Source: Macrostomum lignano (Eukaryota). Taken from it: a stretch of DNA of 64,000 nucleotides. Positions 1 to 11,252 of this stretch are shown in pieces (the stretch's first letter is position 1; each line of letters begins with the position of its first letter). Position numbers and translations under genes: made by a program. A model generated the notes under the pieces. The model was not told where the DNA came from and made no database searches. It worked only from the letters and a program-made list of their open reading frames with translations. The stretch is taken from positions 62,001-126,000 of the forward strand of contig NIVC01002516.1 in NCBI GenBank assembly GCA_002269645.1, read 5' to 3'.

Positions 1-136
1 GCAAGCATCTTTCAGATAGCAAGCATACCCCAAATAATGTAGAAGCATCCTTCCAGATAGCAAGCATCCTGCACATAGCAAGAATCCCTAAATAGCAAGC
101 ATCCCTGGATAGAAATAATCCTATACATGTAGCCAA

Positions 137-1114
137 GCTTATCAAGCGCAGTAATCCTTGGCTATCGAGTGCAGTAATCCTTGGTTTATTAATAGCAATA
201 ATCCATGGCTTATCGAGTGCAGTAATCCTTGGTTTATTAATAGCAATAATCCTTGGCTTATCGAGTGCAGTAATTCATGGTTTATTAATAGCAATAATCC
301 TTGGCTTATCGAGTGCAGTAATCCTTGGTTTATTAATAGCAATAATCCATGCCTTATCGAGTGCAGTAATCCTTGGTTTATTAATAGCAATAATCCTTGG
401 CTTATCGAGTGCAGTAATCCTTGGTTTGCCAAGTGCATAATCCTTGGTTTATTAATAGCAATAATCCTTGGTTTATCGAGTGCAGTAATCCTTGGTTTAT
501 TAATAGCAATAATCCTTGGCTTATCGAGTGCAGTAATCCTTGGTTTATTAATAGCAATAATCCATGGCTTATCGAGTGCAGTAATCCTTGGTTTGCCAAG
601 AGCAATAGTCCTTGGCTTATCGAGTGCAGTAATCCTTGGTTTGCCAAGAGCAATAGTCCTTGGTTTATTGAGTGCAGTAATCCTTGGTTTATTAATAGCA
701 ATAGTCCTTGGTTTATTGAGTGCAGTAATCCTTGGTTTATTAATAGCAATAATCCTTGGCTTATCGAGTGCAGTAATCCTTGGTTTGCCAAGTGCATAAT
801 CCTTGGTTTATCGAGTGCAGTAATCCTTGGTTTATTAATAGCAATAATCCTTGGCTTATCGAGTGCAGTAATCCTTGGTTTATTAATAGCAATAATCCAT
901 GGCTTATCGAGTGCAGTAATCCTTGGTTTGCCAAGAGCAATAGTCCTTGGCTTATCGAGTGCAGTAATCCTTGGTTTGCCAAGAGCAATAGTCCTTGGTT
1001 TATTGAGTGCAGTAATCCTTGGTTAATTAATAGCAATAGTCCTTGGTTTATTGAGTGCAGTAATCCTTGGTTTATTAATAGCAATAATCCTTAGCTTATC
1101 GAGTGCAGTAATCT
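137..1114. repeat. Minisatellite, 48-bp dimer of two related 24-mers
   Basis: Alternating AATCCTTGGCTTATCGAGTGCAGT / AATCCTTGGTTTATTAATAGCAAT; source of the ILGLSSAV/ILGLLIAI-type spurious ORFs. Confidence 0.95.
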
Positions 1115-1186
1115 AAGTGTTTTTATTTAGTCCTTTAATAAAAGCTTTTAATAAAAAATTTTACACTACTACTTTTAAACTACTTA

Positions 1187-1243
1187 GATTCGAACCCAGG
1201 TCGCTGCATTAGCAGTCTGGTCTGCTCAGCTCTAGGCTAGCTC
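1187..1243 (-). pseudogene. Degenerate tRNA-like (SINE-head-like) sequence
   Basis: Reverse complement GAGAGC TAGCCTAGAGCTG AGCAGACCAGA CTGCTAA TGCAGCGAC CTGGGTTCGAATC has an A-box-like segment, a 7-nt anticodon-like loop and a GGTTCGAATC B-box, but broken stems. Confidence 0.5.
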
Positions 1244-2181
1244 TCATCGAAGTTATCAGTGAATTTGTACCACTTATATAATTCAACACTCACACCAAGT
1301 CAGGTAGAGTAAAAAGTCACACGAAGCAGTTATGACATAATCAATTTCTTAGGCAAGTCAGTACCAGTGTCTATGAAAGTTAACAATATGGTTACGTAAT
1401 ATAGATTCAGTACTGCACTATACTTTCACCCTCAAAGCTGTGACGCAATTCAATTGAGTGTCAAATTCAGCCAGTACACAGACGATAAATAAAGTGTATT
1501 GTGATGCAATCTATTTCAGAATCAGAATTCAACCAGTCAGATTTTTCTCTAGCATTCTTACAATGCATTTCAGGTCGAAAGAGCTGCTTGACCTTTGCAA
1601 AAAATCATGTTTTTCGAATATTTAATCCCTTTAACATTGAGCAATTTCTTAGCCAATATGCATGTACCGTCCCGGGAAAATTTCTGATCGAATGGTGCAA
1701 GTTTGAAGAAAATCGGTTGAGCCGTTCGGGAGAAAATCAATTACAAGCAAGAAACCAAGCATTTCATTTTTAGTATATTAGACTAATCGATTACAAGCAA
1801 GCAAGATTTTCATTTTTAGTATATTAGAAGACTAGCAATCTAGCGCCCCCCTTCGGGGTGGCCAATAAGCAAGGGACGAATCCTTTAAAATGAAAAAAAA
1901 TTCTTAGGGAGGGGGGCTAGGAATCGAATTCTCATTTTAATTCCAGGCTTATGTACCAATAAAACATGCTTGTGCAGAATTTTATAACAGACATTGAAAT
2001 TCAACCATACTTGCCTTCTTTCAGAGCTACTTCTACCAGTATGCTTCAGTACGCTACCAGTACCCTTGTAAGCCTTGACATGTCAGCAATCCCCCCCCAC
2101 AAGCCTTAACATATCAACTCCCCCTTGACATCTCAGCGATGCTCCCATAAGCCTTGAAATCTTAAAAAATCTGTCTACTTT

Positions 2182-2215
2182 CTAACCCTAACCCTAACCC
2201 TAACCCTAACCCTAA
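2182..2215. repeat. Interstitial telomeric-type repeat (CCCTAA)5
   Basis: CTAACCCTAACCCTAACCCTAACCCTAACCCTAA read directly. Confidence 0.9.
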
Positions 2216-3164
2216 AGCATTGAAATTTCAGTAATTCTCTCTAAGAGTCATTATAGCACTACTACAGCATTATAGCGATTCCCTGCAAGCCTCGACATCG
2301 TAGGGATTCCCAAATGAATCTCTTAACTTCGACATGAGGCTTCTTTTATTTTTTACATTACGCTTTTTCTATCAGCGATCCCTCCCGTGAGGAGCCAACA
2401 AATAATGTAATAAAAAGTTTTCAATAAACTACATGTAGCTTCTGACTTTAGCCTTGACATCTCAGTTATTTCCCCATGAGCCTTGACATCTCAGCTATAG
2501 ATAGATAGATAGATACGAGTAGATTCCCCTCGTAAGCCTTGACATGTCAGCGATGCCCCCATAAACCTTGAAATCTAAAAAATCCCCTGTTAACCTTGAA
2601 ACCCGCTAAAATATAACCCTCAACCCAAACCTGACGTAAACCTAACTTTCACCCAACCTAAAGCCTTGAAATCACAGCAATTCTTCTTCCCTAAGCCTTG
2701 GCATTTAAGTGATTCCTTCTTTAAGAATCACAGCACTATAACGATTCCCTCCAAGCTTTGACATTGTAGCAATTCCCAAATGAATCTTTTAACTTTGACA
2801 TGACTTTTATTTTATGTATACATAGTGCTCCTTTTATTTTTACATGACTCTTCTTCTATCAGCGCCCCCCCCCCCACCGTGGAAAGCCAACAAAGAATAC
2901 AATAAAAAAACTTAAGTAAAGTACATGTACTTTGAAGTAGCTTCTGACTTTTGCTTTAACATCTCAGAAACCCCCCTGTAATCTCAGTTATTCTCTGTGA
3001 GCCTTGACGTCTCAGTAATTCTCCCCAGCACAGCACTATAGCTTCATTTAATTTTTATATGACACTTCTTTCATGTCTGACATGACGCTTCTTTTGATTT
3101 TTAAATTACGCTTCTTTTATTCTTCCATGAAGCTTCTTAATTTTTTAAATGACACTTTCATTAG

Positions 3165-3925
3165 TTTTTATATGAGGCTTCTATGATTTTTTCATGACGC
3201 TTCTATGTTAACATGACGCTTCTATGCTTGTTTACATGACGCTTCTATGATTGTTTACATGACGCTTGTATGATTGTTTACATGACGCTTCTATGATTTT
3301 TTACATGACGCTTCTATGATTTTTACATGACGCTTCTATGATTTTTACATGACGCTTCTATGATTTTTTCATGACGCTTCTATGATTTTTACATGACGCT
3401 TCTATGATTTTTACATGACGCTTCTATGATTTTTACATGAGGCTTGTATGATTGTTTACATGACGCTTCTATGATTGTTTACATGACGCTTCTATGATTT
3501 TTTATGACGCTTTTATGATTTTAACATGACGCTTCTATGATTTTTTTACATGACGCTTCTATGATTGTTTACATGACGCTTGTATGATTGTTTACATGAC
3601 GCTTCTATGATTGTTTACAGTACGCTTCTATGATTTTTTACATGACGCTTCTATGATTGTTTACATGACGCTTCTATGATTGTTTACATGACGCTTCTAT
3701 GATTGTTTACATGACGCTTCTATGATTGTTTACATGACGCTTCTATGATTTTTACATGACGCTTCTATGATTTTTACATGACGCTTCTATGATTGTTTAC
3801 ATGACGCTTCTATGATTGTTTACATGACGCTTCTATGATTTTTACATGACGCTTCTATGATTGTTTACATGACGCTTCTATGATTGTTTACATGACGCTT
3901 GTATGATTGTTTACATGACGCTTCC
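3165..3925. repeat. About 22-23-bp minisatellite
   Basis: Tandem TTACATGACGCTTCTATGATT(G/T)T. Confidence 0.95.
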
Positions 3926-3983
3926 ATAATTTTTTTGTCTTGGCGTTAAAAGGCTTTAATTAAAAAAACTCTACTCTCTAAAA

Positions 3984-4043
3984 ATTCGAACCATCGTCCC
4001 TGCATTTAGCAGTTTAGTCTGTTTACCTCTAGGCTAGCTCTCA
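3984..4043 (-). pseudogene. Degenerate tRNA-like sequence (more diverged copy)
   Basis: ATTCGAACC...TGCATTTAGCAGT...CTCTAGGCTAGCTCTC is homologous to 1187-1243. Confidence 0.4.
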
Positions 4044-4084
4044 TGAATTTTAGTCATTACCCCTAAATAGAAAATATTCCCAAG

Positions 4085-4365
4085 ACAGCAAGCATCCCCC
4101 CAGTAGCAAGCATCCCCTAATACTCCTAGCAAGCATCCACCCAGATAGCAAGCATCTGCAGATAGCAAGCATCCACCCAGATAGCAAGCATCTGCAGATA
4201 GCAAGCATCTTGCAGATAGCAAGCATCTTGCAGATAGCAAGCATACCCCAAATAATGTAGAAGCATCCTTCCAGATAGCAAGCATCCCCCAAATAATGTA
4301 GAAGCATCCTTCCAGATAGCAAGCATCCTGCACATAGCAAGAATCCCTAAATAGCAAGCATCCCT
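4085..4365. repeat. Imperfect AGATAGCAAGCATC array (about 20-24 bp units)
   Basis: Repeated AGCAAGCATC core; homologous partial array at 1-115. Confidence 0.85.
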
Positions 4366-4395
4366 GGATAGAAATAATCCTATACATGTAGCCAA

Positions 4396-5003
4396 GCTTA
4401 TCAAGCGCAGTAATCCTTGGCTATCGAGTGCAGTAATCCTTGGTTTATTAATAGCAATAATCCTTGGCTTATCGAGTGCAGTAATCCTTGGTTTATTAAT
4501 AGCAATAATCCTTGGCTTATCGAGTGCAGTAATCCTTGGTTCGGGTTGCATTAATCCTTGGTTTATTAATAGCAATAATCCTTGGCTTATCGAGTGCAGT
4601 AATCCTTGGTTTATTAATAGCAATAATCCTTGGCTTATCGAGTGCAGTAATCCTTGGTTCGGGTTGCATTAATCCTTGGTTTATTAATAGCAATAATCCT
4701 TGGCTTATCGAGTGCAGTAATCCTTGGTTTACAATTATCCTTGGCTTATCGAGTGCAGTAATCCTTGGTTTATTAATAGCAATAATCCTTGGTTTATTGA
4801 GTGCAGTAATCCTTGGTTTATTAATAGCAATAGTCCTTGGTTTATTGAGTGCAGTAATCCTTGGTTTATTAATAGCAATAATCCTTGGCTTATCGAGTGC
4901 AGTAATCCTTGGTTTATTAATAGCAATAATCCTTGGCTTATCGAGTGCAGTAATCCTTGGTTTGCCAAGAGCAATAATCCTTAGCTTATCGAGTGCAGTA
5001 ATC
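4396..5003. repeat. 48-bp dimeric minisatellite (second copy)
   Basis: Same 24+24 units as 137-1114, with a different copy number and variants. Confidence 0.95.
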
Positions 5004-5065
5004 TAAGTGTTTTTATTTAGTCCTTTAATAAAAGCTTTTAATAAAAAATTTTACACTACTACTTA

Positions 5066-5122
5066 GATTCGAACCCAGGTTGCTGCATTAGCAGTCTGGT
5101 CTGTTCAGCTCTAGGCTAGCTC
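5066..5122 (-). pseudogene. Degenerate tRNA-like sequence
   Basis: Near-identical to 1187-1243 (GATTCGAACCCAGG...CTCTAGGCTAGCTCTC). Confidence 0.5.
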
Positions 5123-5719
5123 TCATCGAAGTTATCAGTGAATTTGTACCACTTATATAATTCAACACTCACACCAAGTCAGGTAGAGTAAAAAGTCACA
5201 CGAAGCAGTTATGACATAATCAATTTCTTAGGCAAGTCAGTACCAGTGTCTATGAAAGCTAACAATATGGTTACGTAATATAGATTCAGTACTGCACTAT
5301 ACTTTCACCCTCAAAGCTGTGACGCAATTCAATTGAGTGTCAAATTCAGCCAGTGCACAGACGATAAATAAAGTGTATTGTGATGCAATCTATTTCAGAA
5401 TCAGAATTCAACCAGTCAGTTTTTTCTCTAGCATTCTTACAATGCATTTCAGGTCGAAAGAGCTGCTTGACCTTTGCAAAAAAGCATGTTTTTCGAATAT
5501 TTAATCCCTTTAACATTGAGCAATTTCTTAGCCAATATGCATGTACCGTCCCGGGAAAATTTCTGATCGAATGGTGCAAGTTTGAAGAAAATCGGTTGAG
5601 CCGTTCGGGAGAAAATCAATTACAAGCAAGAAACCAAGCATTTCATTTTTAGTATATTAGACTAATCGATTACAAGCAAGCAAGATTTTCATTTTTAGTA
5701 TATTGGATGGATATAGGAA

Positions 5720-8624
5720 ACAAGCTGTTGAAACCCGCGGAATTTGAACCCGGGGAATTCCAACCCCCGGAACTATTTTTGCATGTATTCTGAAATCTGA
5801 GCCCATACTTAAACAAAAACTTTTTAATAGTTAGGAATTTAGGATAGAGTTAAACTTAAAATAGAGTACATTCATGTACAATTAGTATTTGAAGCAAACA
5901 TTAATATTGTTGGTTGGGGTGCTGCACAGAATGTCAGGCAAACTCATGGCCTCTGCCTCTCCTTGTGTCCCTTTGAAGTTGGATCCTTAGAAACTTCTAT
6001 CTCTACCTTCTCTTCTGTTTTCTCTCTTCTCTGGTCTATGGTCTCTTCTCTCTCTCCTCTATCCCCTCTTCTCTCGTCTATTCCCTCTTATTATTTTCTC
6101 TCCTCTCCTCTCCTCTCTCGTCTCTGCTCTCTTATCTCTCCCTTTCTCCTGTTTTATCTCTTCCCATTTCTCTCTGCTCTCTACTCTCTCTTCTCTCTGC
6201 TCTCTACTCTCTCCTCTCTACTCTCTCCTCTCTACTCTATTTTCTCTCTGCTCTCTACTCTCTCTTCTCTCTGCTCTCTACTCTATCTTCCCTCTGCTCG
6301 ATCTACACTATCTTCTCTCTGCTCTCTACTCTCTATTCTCTCTTCCCTCTCCCCTCTTCTCACTCCTTACTCTACCCTCTCAGAAACACTTCTCCTCTCT
6401 CCTTTCTCCTCTCCTCCCTCCTCTGTACTCTGTACTCTCTCGTCTCTCTCTCCTCTCTTCTATCGTCTCTTCCTTCACCTCTCCTCTCTCGTCTTTGCTC
6501 TCTTATCTATCTCTCCTTTCTCTTCTTTTATCTTTTCTCTCTTATCTATCTCTCCCTCTCTCTCCTCACCCCTCTCTCATCCTTTCCCCTCTTTCCCCTG
6601 TCCTCTCGATTCTCTCCCCTCCCCTCCTCTTTCCTCACTCACTTCTCTCTCTCCCTTTGTCTCACCTTTCATCTCTCATCTCTTATTTCTTATCTATCCT
6701 CTTTTCTCTCTACTCTCCCATCTCTCGTGTGTTCACTCTCGTCTTTGCTCTCTCAGTCTTATCTTCCCTCTCTCATCTGTCATCTTTACTCTCGTATACT
6801 CGTATGTTCTCACCTCTCTCCTCTGTACTCTTCTCTTTCCCCTCATCTGACTCCTCTCTCCTCTCTCCTCTCAGATATCGTGTTCACTCTCATCCCCTCT
6901 CTTTTCTGCCATCTGTACTCTCCAATCTTCAGTGTACTCTTCTCTTTACCCTCCTCTGATTACTCTCTTTCCTTACTCCTCTTCTCTTCTCTCTTCTATA
7001 CTCTCTCCCCTCTATTCTCTTCTCTCGCCTTTCTGCACTCTGCTCTCTCCTCCTTCATCTCTCATCTCTACTCTCTTCTCACTCTTCTCTGCTCTCCTCT
7101 GTCATCGATCCTGTCTCATCTCTCCCATCTTCTCTCTCCCTCTTCTCACTTCTACTCTTTCCTCCCTCTTCTCCCCCCTCCTCTCGCTTCTTACTCCAAT
7201 ATTATCTGCTCACTCCTTATCCTTACCCCATCATCTCTCTTCTTGTCTTCTATCTTTTCTCTTATCCTCCTCTCGCTTCTCCTCTCTTCTTATAGTCTAT
7301 TCCTTCTCCTTTTCACTCTCATCTCATCAGCCATGAGCTTGATTCTTTATCTGGCATTTGAGGTTAAAGTCTGCCAATCCCCGCTTCGAAAGCGTTTGTG
7401 GAACGTAGTACTCTCATAGTTGTTATGCTTTAATCACATCATATTTCTGGCCAATTAGCAGCCCTGAGAGGAATTTGTGTATCTCCCTCCAGCCCAGCTC
7501 CACCACCACAGTCTGCAGCAGTCTAGCAACCAAGGAAATACGTATTTCTTAGGAGCCATTTAAATTTTAAAGTACCTTATGCGAATCTTGATGTTAAAAT
7601 TTTCATGGTGTAGCTAATTTAGTAGGATTGCATTGTAATCACTACTAATCAGTTATTCATTAATTTTTCGCTATTTTTACAAACCATCCCACATCGCCTT
7701 GATTTGCCATCCACTGTTAAACGGCTGCAGACTTGTCTTTACAGAGGACAGTGGTTTGAATCTCTCGCTGAAACTGTCTCTCCTCTCCACGCCTCTCCGC
7801 GCGCGGGGTGCCGAGAAGGCTATTAAAAAGTTATTCCAAAACACTGTACGTTGCCATGTACATTCAGCCCTATCGCCTGACCCTTCGTCTGGGCTGGGGG
7901 AATGAGTGAGTGAGTGGCACAAACAACAGAAAAAGCAGACAAAATTCACATGCTTACAGTTTCTGTCCTGATTGAGATACAGAGTTGAGACTTTACATGT
8001 AGGCAGAGAATGAGTCAATAAAGAATTGTGTCAAATTTGAAGTCAATCGCTTCACGTGGAGCAAAACTATGGCAGCCGAAAGTTAGGCATTTTAAAACCT
8101 ACTCACACCCTTTGCCCAGATCGGGAAAGAGAGGCAGGCGGGCGGAGGTTGGGGTGGCTGCCTCGCTGAAAAAAACAGCCAAACTTTAAAAGTGCACAGC
8201 GCCGTTCAGGATTAACTTTCAGACTCGAAATTTTACATGATTGTGCCAAAATAGTTGAAAATTGTCTGTGTCAAATTTGAAGAGAATCGGTAGAAGTGGA
8301 GCGGCGCTATGGAGGATTTAGTGAAAAAATTGCGCATTTTGAGCAGTTTTTTGCACTTTTAGGTAGGAAGACTCAAATTTAGGAAATTAAAAGGTAGCCT
8401 AAGACATTCTCCGTAGTAAGTTTAGGGTGGGTGTAAAGTTTGGTGTAATTTGGTTGAGCGGTTTAGGAGTCCATAGCGATCAAAATTGTCCACACACACG
8501 CAAACGTGCACGGGGCACTTATTGGCCACGTGTGCAAAAGTGGGCAAATATGGGGACTGCCGCGACACACAAAAATCACACACACACACGTCCCAACACA
8601 GGCAATTGCAACCCTAAAATAGAT
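5720..8624 (+). mobile_element. Family-B non-autonomous Helitron/Helentron-like element, copy B1
   Basis: Starts ACAAGCTGTTGAAACCCGCGG plus a CCGGGGA..CCCCCGG hairpin. It has a CT-rich core and a 3' region with CAAATTTGAAGAGAATCGGTAG and AAGTTTGGTGTAATTTGGTTGAGCGGTTT, then a CA-rich tract, ending AAAATAGAT. Homologous to three copies at 13132-22319. Confidence 0.6.
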
Positions 8625-9137
8625 TTTAATTGATAATGCTTTCGACTTACTGAAAGCAGTTTGAGCGCATTTTTTTCGAGGCGTATTAAACTCACAACAG
8701 ACTGTACATTTACGAGCTATATTGTCTAATTTGTGTAAAAGGGTAAAAAAAACTAATTGTTGTCCTGCTGAATGCTACTTGACGCAATATTATCAGCGCT
8801 TCAAATTTATTCAGCAGATAATATCAGCAATCATAGAATATAGAAGAGAGAAGGGTAAACGTTAAGGATATTCAGGTTATCAAAAACCGAAAGACATTGA
8901 CACATCTCAAATAGCTTTTTTCTGACACGAATTATTGTAGCTAGTTTTAGTGCCACCACCACAAAAATAATTCTGTAGCGAAACTCCACTGTTCATGAAC
9001 ATGTACTTTTTTATTATGACAGTAACATCTAAAATTACTCAAAAAGATTCGGCACATGAAATCCGTGTCAGCTATTTGGACCCGCTAAATACTAACCTAA
9101 TAGGAATGGAAAGAATCACACTATAACACAAGAGTGC

Positions 9138-9526
9138 GGCTGTCCCAACCATTCCATCATAGCCAGTGTGGATAGGGCTGTCCCAACAATTCCATCATAG
9201 CCAGTGTGGATAGGGCTGTCCCAACAATTCCATCATAGCCAGTGTGGATAGGGCTGTCCCAACAATTCCATCATAGCCAGTGTGGATAGGGCTGTCCCAA
9301 CAATTCCATCATAGCCAGTGTGGATAGGGCTGTCCCAACAATTCCATCATAGCCAGTGTGGATAGGGCTGTCCCAACAATTCCATCATAGCCAGTGTGGA
9401 TAGGGCTGTCCCAACAATTCCATCATAGCCAGTGTGGATAGGGCTGTCCCAACAATTCCATCATAGCCAGTGTGGATAGGGCTGTCCCAACAATTCCATC
9501 ATAGCCAGTGTGGATAGGGCTGTCCC
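9138..9526. repeat. 38-bp tandem repeat, about 10 copies, near-perfect
   Basis: GGGCTGTCCCAACAATTCCATCATAGCCAGTGTGGATA; period 38 (9171 to 9209). No unique spacers. Confidence 0.95.
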
Positions 9527-9747
9527 GAAAATTACACTAACACCATATTCATCAAGCGAAGTTTGAACTCTCCACACATGCTATATAAATCACTACTGTG
9601 TAGAAACCACACTCTAGAGCTCTACAGAGTTCATTGCACAGGTTCAAATTAGAGACAGGTTGCAAAAAAAATTGCGTCCACTGAGTAACACATTGTTGAG
9701 GCACACAGCAGTTAACCGACTTCACGATTCTGAAACTATAAAAAACC

Positions 9748-10632
9748 AGCTCCACAGGACGAATCAAAGGACTGGCTGCAGCCTGCCTGCATGAGAAGTG
9801 TCTGTTGCTGCTCCTGAGCAGCTAGTAAACAAGATGTGGCTAATGCATCCGCGATATCGGAATGCTCGCTGTTAATTGTTGATGTGGAGTCTTCTCTTTT
9901 AGGCATGTCGCTAGCGTTGCTGACTTTAGAAGCTGCGAAGAAAAGAAATTAAGATAGGTTTGCTTTAGTAATAATTAATGGTCTAATCGAGAACTCTTTA
10001 ATAGAATGTGTTCAACTAATGCTGGGTCTGTTTCAAAAAGTCAGAAGGAGTCGCGACTAGAATCAGTACTGTCCCAATAAGTGCGACATAAAATAGGCTG
10101 AAAAATAAGCCCAGCTGCAATGATGTCCCAATAAATGCCCCGCAAATTACCACACTTGAGCTAGGCTGGGCTGTGTTTGCTAGGCGTAGATTGTGTCCCA
10201 ACAATGCCTCTGAGATTGCTACATTGATTTTAAAGTGCCAAGCTGCAATGATGTCCCAATAAATGCCCCGCAAATTACCACACTTGAGCTAGGCTGGGCT
10301 GTGTTTGCTAGTCCGTAGTTTGTGTCCCAACAATGCCTTTGAGATTGTTACATTGATTTCGAATTGTGCTCTACCGGGCAACACAAATACTCTGGTTACT
10401 TCCACAGCAGATAATGCTCACCCAGAACAGATCGCCTCTTTCTCTTTAATCCTTTGCCGGACGAGTTGTCTTTAGCTCCACAAGACAAATCATCAATAGA
10501 CTGGCTGCAGCCTGTCTGCATGAGAAGTGTCTGTTGCTGCTCCTGAGCAGCTAGTAAACAAGGTGTGGCTAATGCGTCCGCGATATCGGAATGCTCGCTG
10601 TTAATTGTTGATGTAGGTCTTCTCTTTTAGGC
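9748..10632. repeat. About 155-bp direct repeats (9748-9904, 10474-10632) flanking an internal about 130-bp tandem duplication
   Basis: GACTGGCTGCAGCCTG..CATGAGAAGTGTCTGTTGCTGCTCCTGAGCAGCTAG.. occurs twice, 726 bp apart. CTGCAATGATGTCCCAATAAATGCCCCGC.. occurs twice at about 10114 and 10243. Confidence 0.85.
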
Positions 10633-11057
10633 CTGCCACTTAGCGGCTGAACCTGTGCGTACAAAGGAAAAAGGAAAACAGAAATCTATGTCGATGTCCT
10701 AATAAATGCTTCATTGCAAATGAAATTATGGTGTGTAACTAAAATGTGAGCGTATAGTTTGTCCCAACAGTGCCGTCTATTTAGTCATTCAGATGAACTT
10801 TACATCTCACTGTCCCAATAGTCCTGCACAAATTCACTCTCTCACTCTAGCTGTCTGCAGACTTGTTTGTTCTAATAAGCCCCTAGAAAGCAAAACACAT
10901 TCCGATTCAGTTCCAGGTATGGGATGTGCAAGTTTCTGAGATTCTTTTTTTTGCCATCTTCCCAACCAAATCTTCCATAGAGAGCATTTTTGCTGCTGGC
11001 TTTACTCTGTTTGTCTTTGCAGCTCTTCGCGGTCTAGAACATTCTCATTTTTCATAT

Positions 11058-11252
11058 TGGGCCGTATGCAGAAAGCTCTGTCTAGGGTAGTCCGGTCTTG
11101 AAAAACTAGTCTGGACTTGGATTTGGTATGCAGAAACGCAAAGTTAGACCGGTCTACTATAGCAGAACTAGGGTAGCTAGACCATAGACTATAGACTGAA
11201 CTACCCAAGTCCGGACTAGCTAGTCTGGACTAAGCTTTCTGCATACGGCCCA
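11058..11252. mobile_element. MITE, 195 bp, perfect 20-bp terminal inverted repeats
   Basis: TGGGCCGTATGCAGAAAGCT (11058-11077) and its exact reverse complement AGCTTTCTGCATACGGCCCA (11233-11252). TSD is unclear (ATT/ATA). The GGGCC termini are reminiscent of PIF/Harbinger. Confidence 0.75.

Larger units (their letters stand above)
1..1830 (+). mobile_element. 3' part of a family-A non-autonomous Helitron/Helentron-like element (truncated by window start)
   Basis: 1-1830 is near-identical to about 4200-5710 (e.g. 1501 vs 5380, offset 3879). It ends in AAGTTTGAAGAAAATCGGTTGAGCCGTT...TTTTCATTTTTAGTATATTAGAAG, resembling 3' ends of Lep1/DINE-1-type non-autonomous rolling-circle elements. Family assignment is by recalled motif resemblance, not a search. 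Confidence 0.55.
1831..5712 (+). mobile_element. Family-A non-autonomous Helitron/Helentron-like element, about 3.9 kb, probably full length, with repeat cargo
   Basis: Starts ACTAG followed by hairpin GCCCCCC-TTCG-GGGTGGC (1845-1862) directly after the previous copy's 3' end. It ends with the same AAGTTTGAAGAAAATCGG...TAGTATATTGGAT terminus. That 1831-3960 belongs to the same unit is inferred, because the upstream copy is cut by the window edge. Confidence 0.45.

Noticed and set aside
1501-1773. 90-aa ORF duplicated at 5380-5652
   Set aside because: It has a GTG start, no recognisable domain, and lies in the conserved 3' region of a non-autonomous element.
142-5006. Hydrophobic-looking ORFs (ILGLSSAV, INQGLLHS, NPWLIECS)
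   Set aside because: They are direct translations of the 24/48-bp satellite, open in several frames on both strands.
9138-9526. 38-bp (and 43-bp at 51017) repeats as CRISPR arrays
   Set aside because: There are no unique spacers or cas genes, and the context is eukaryotic.
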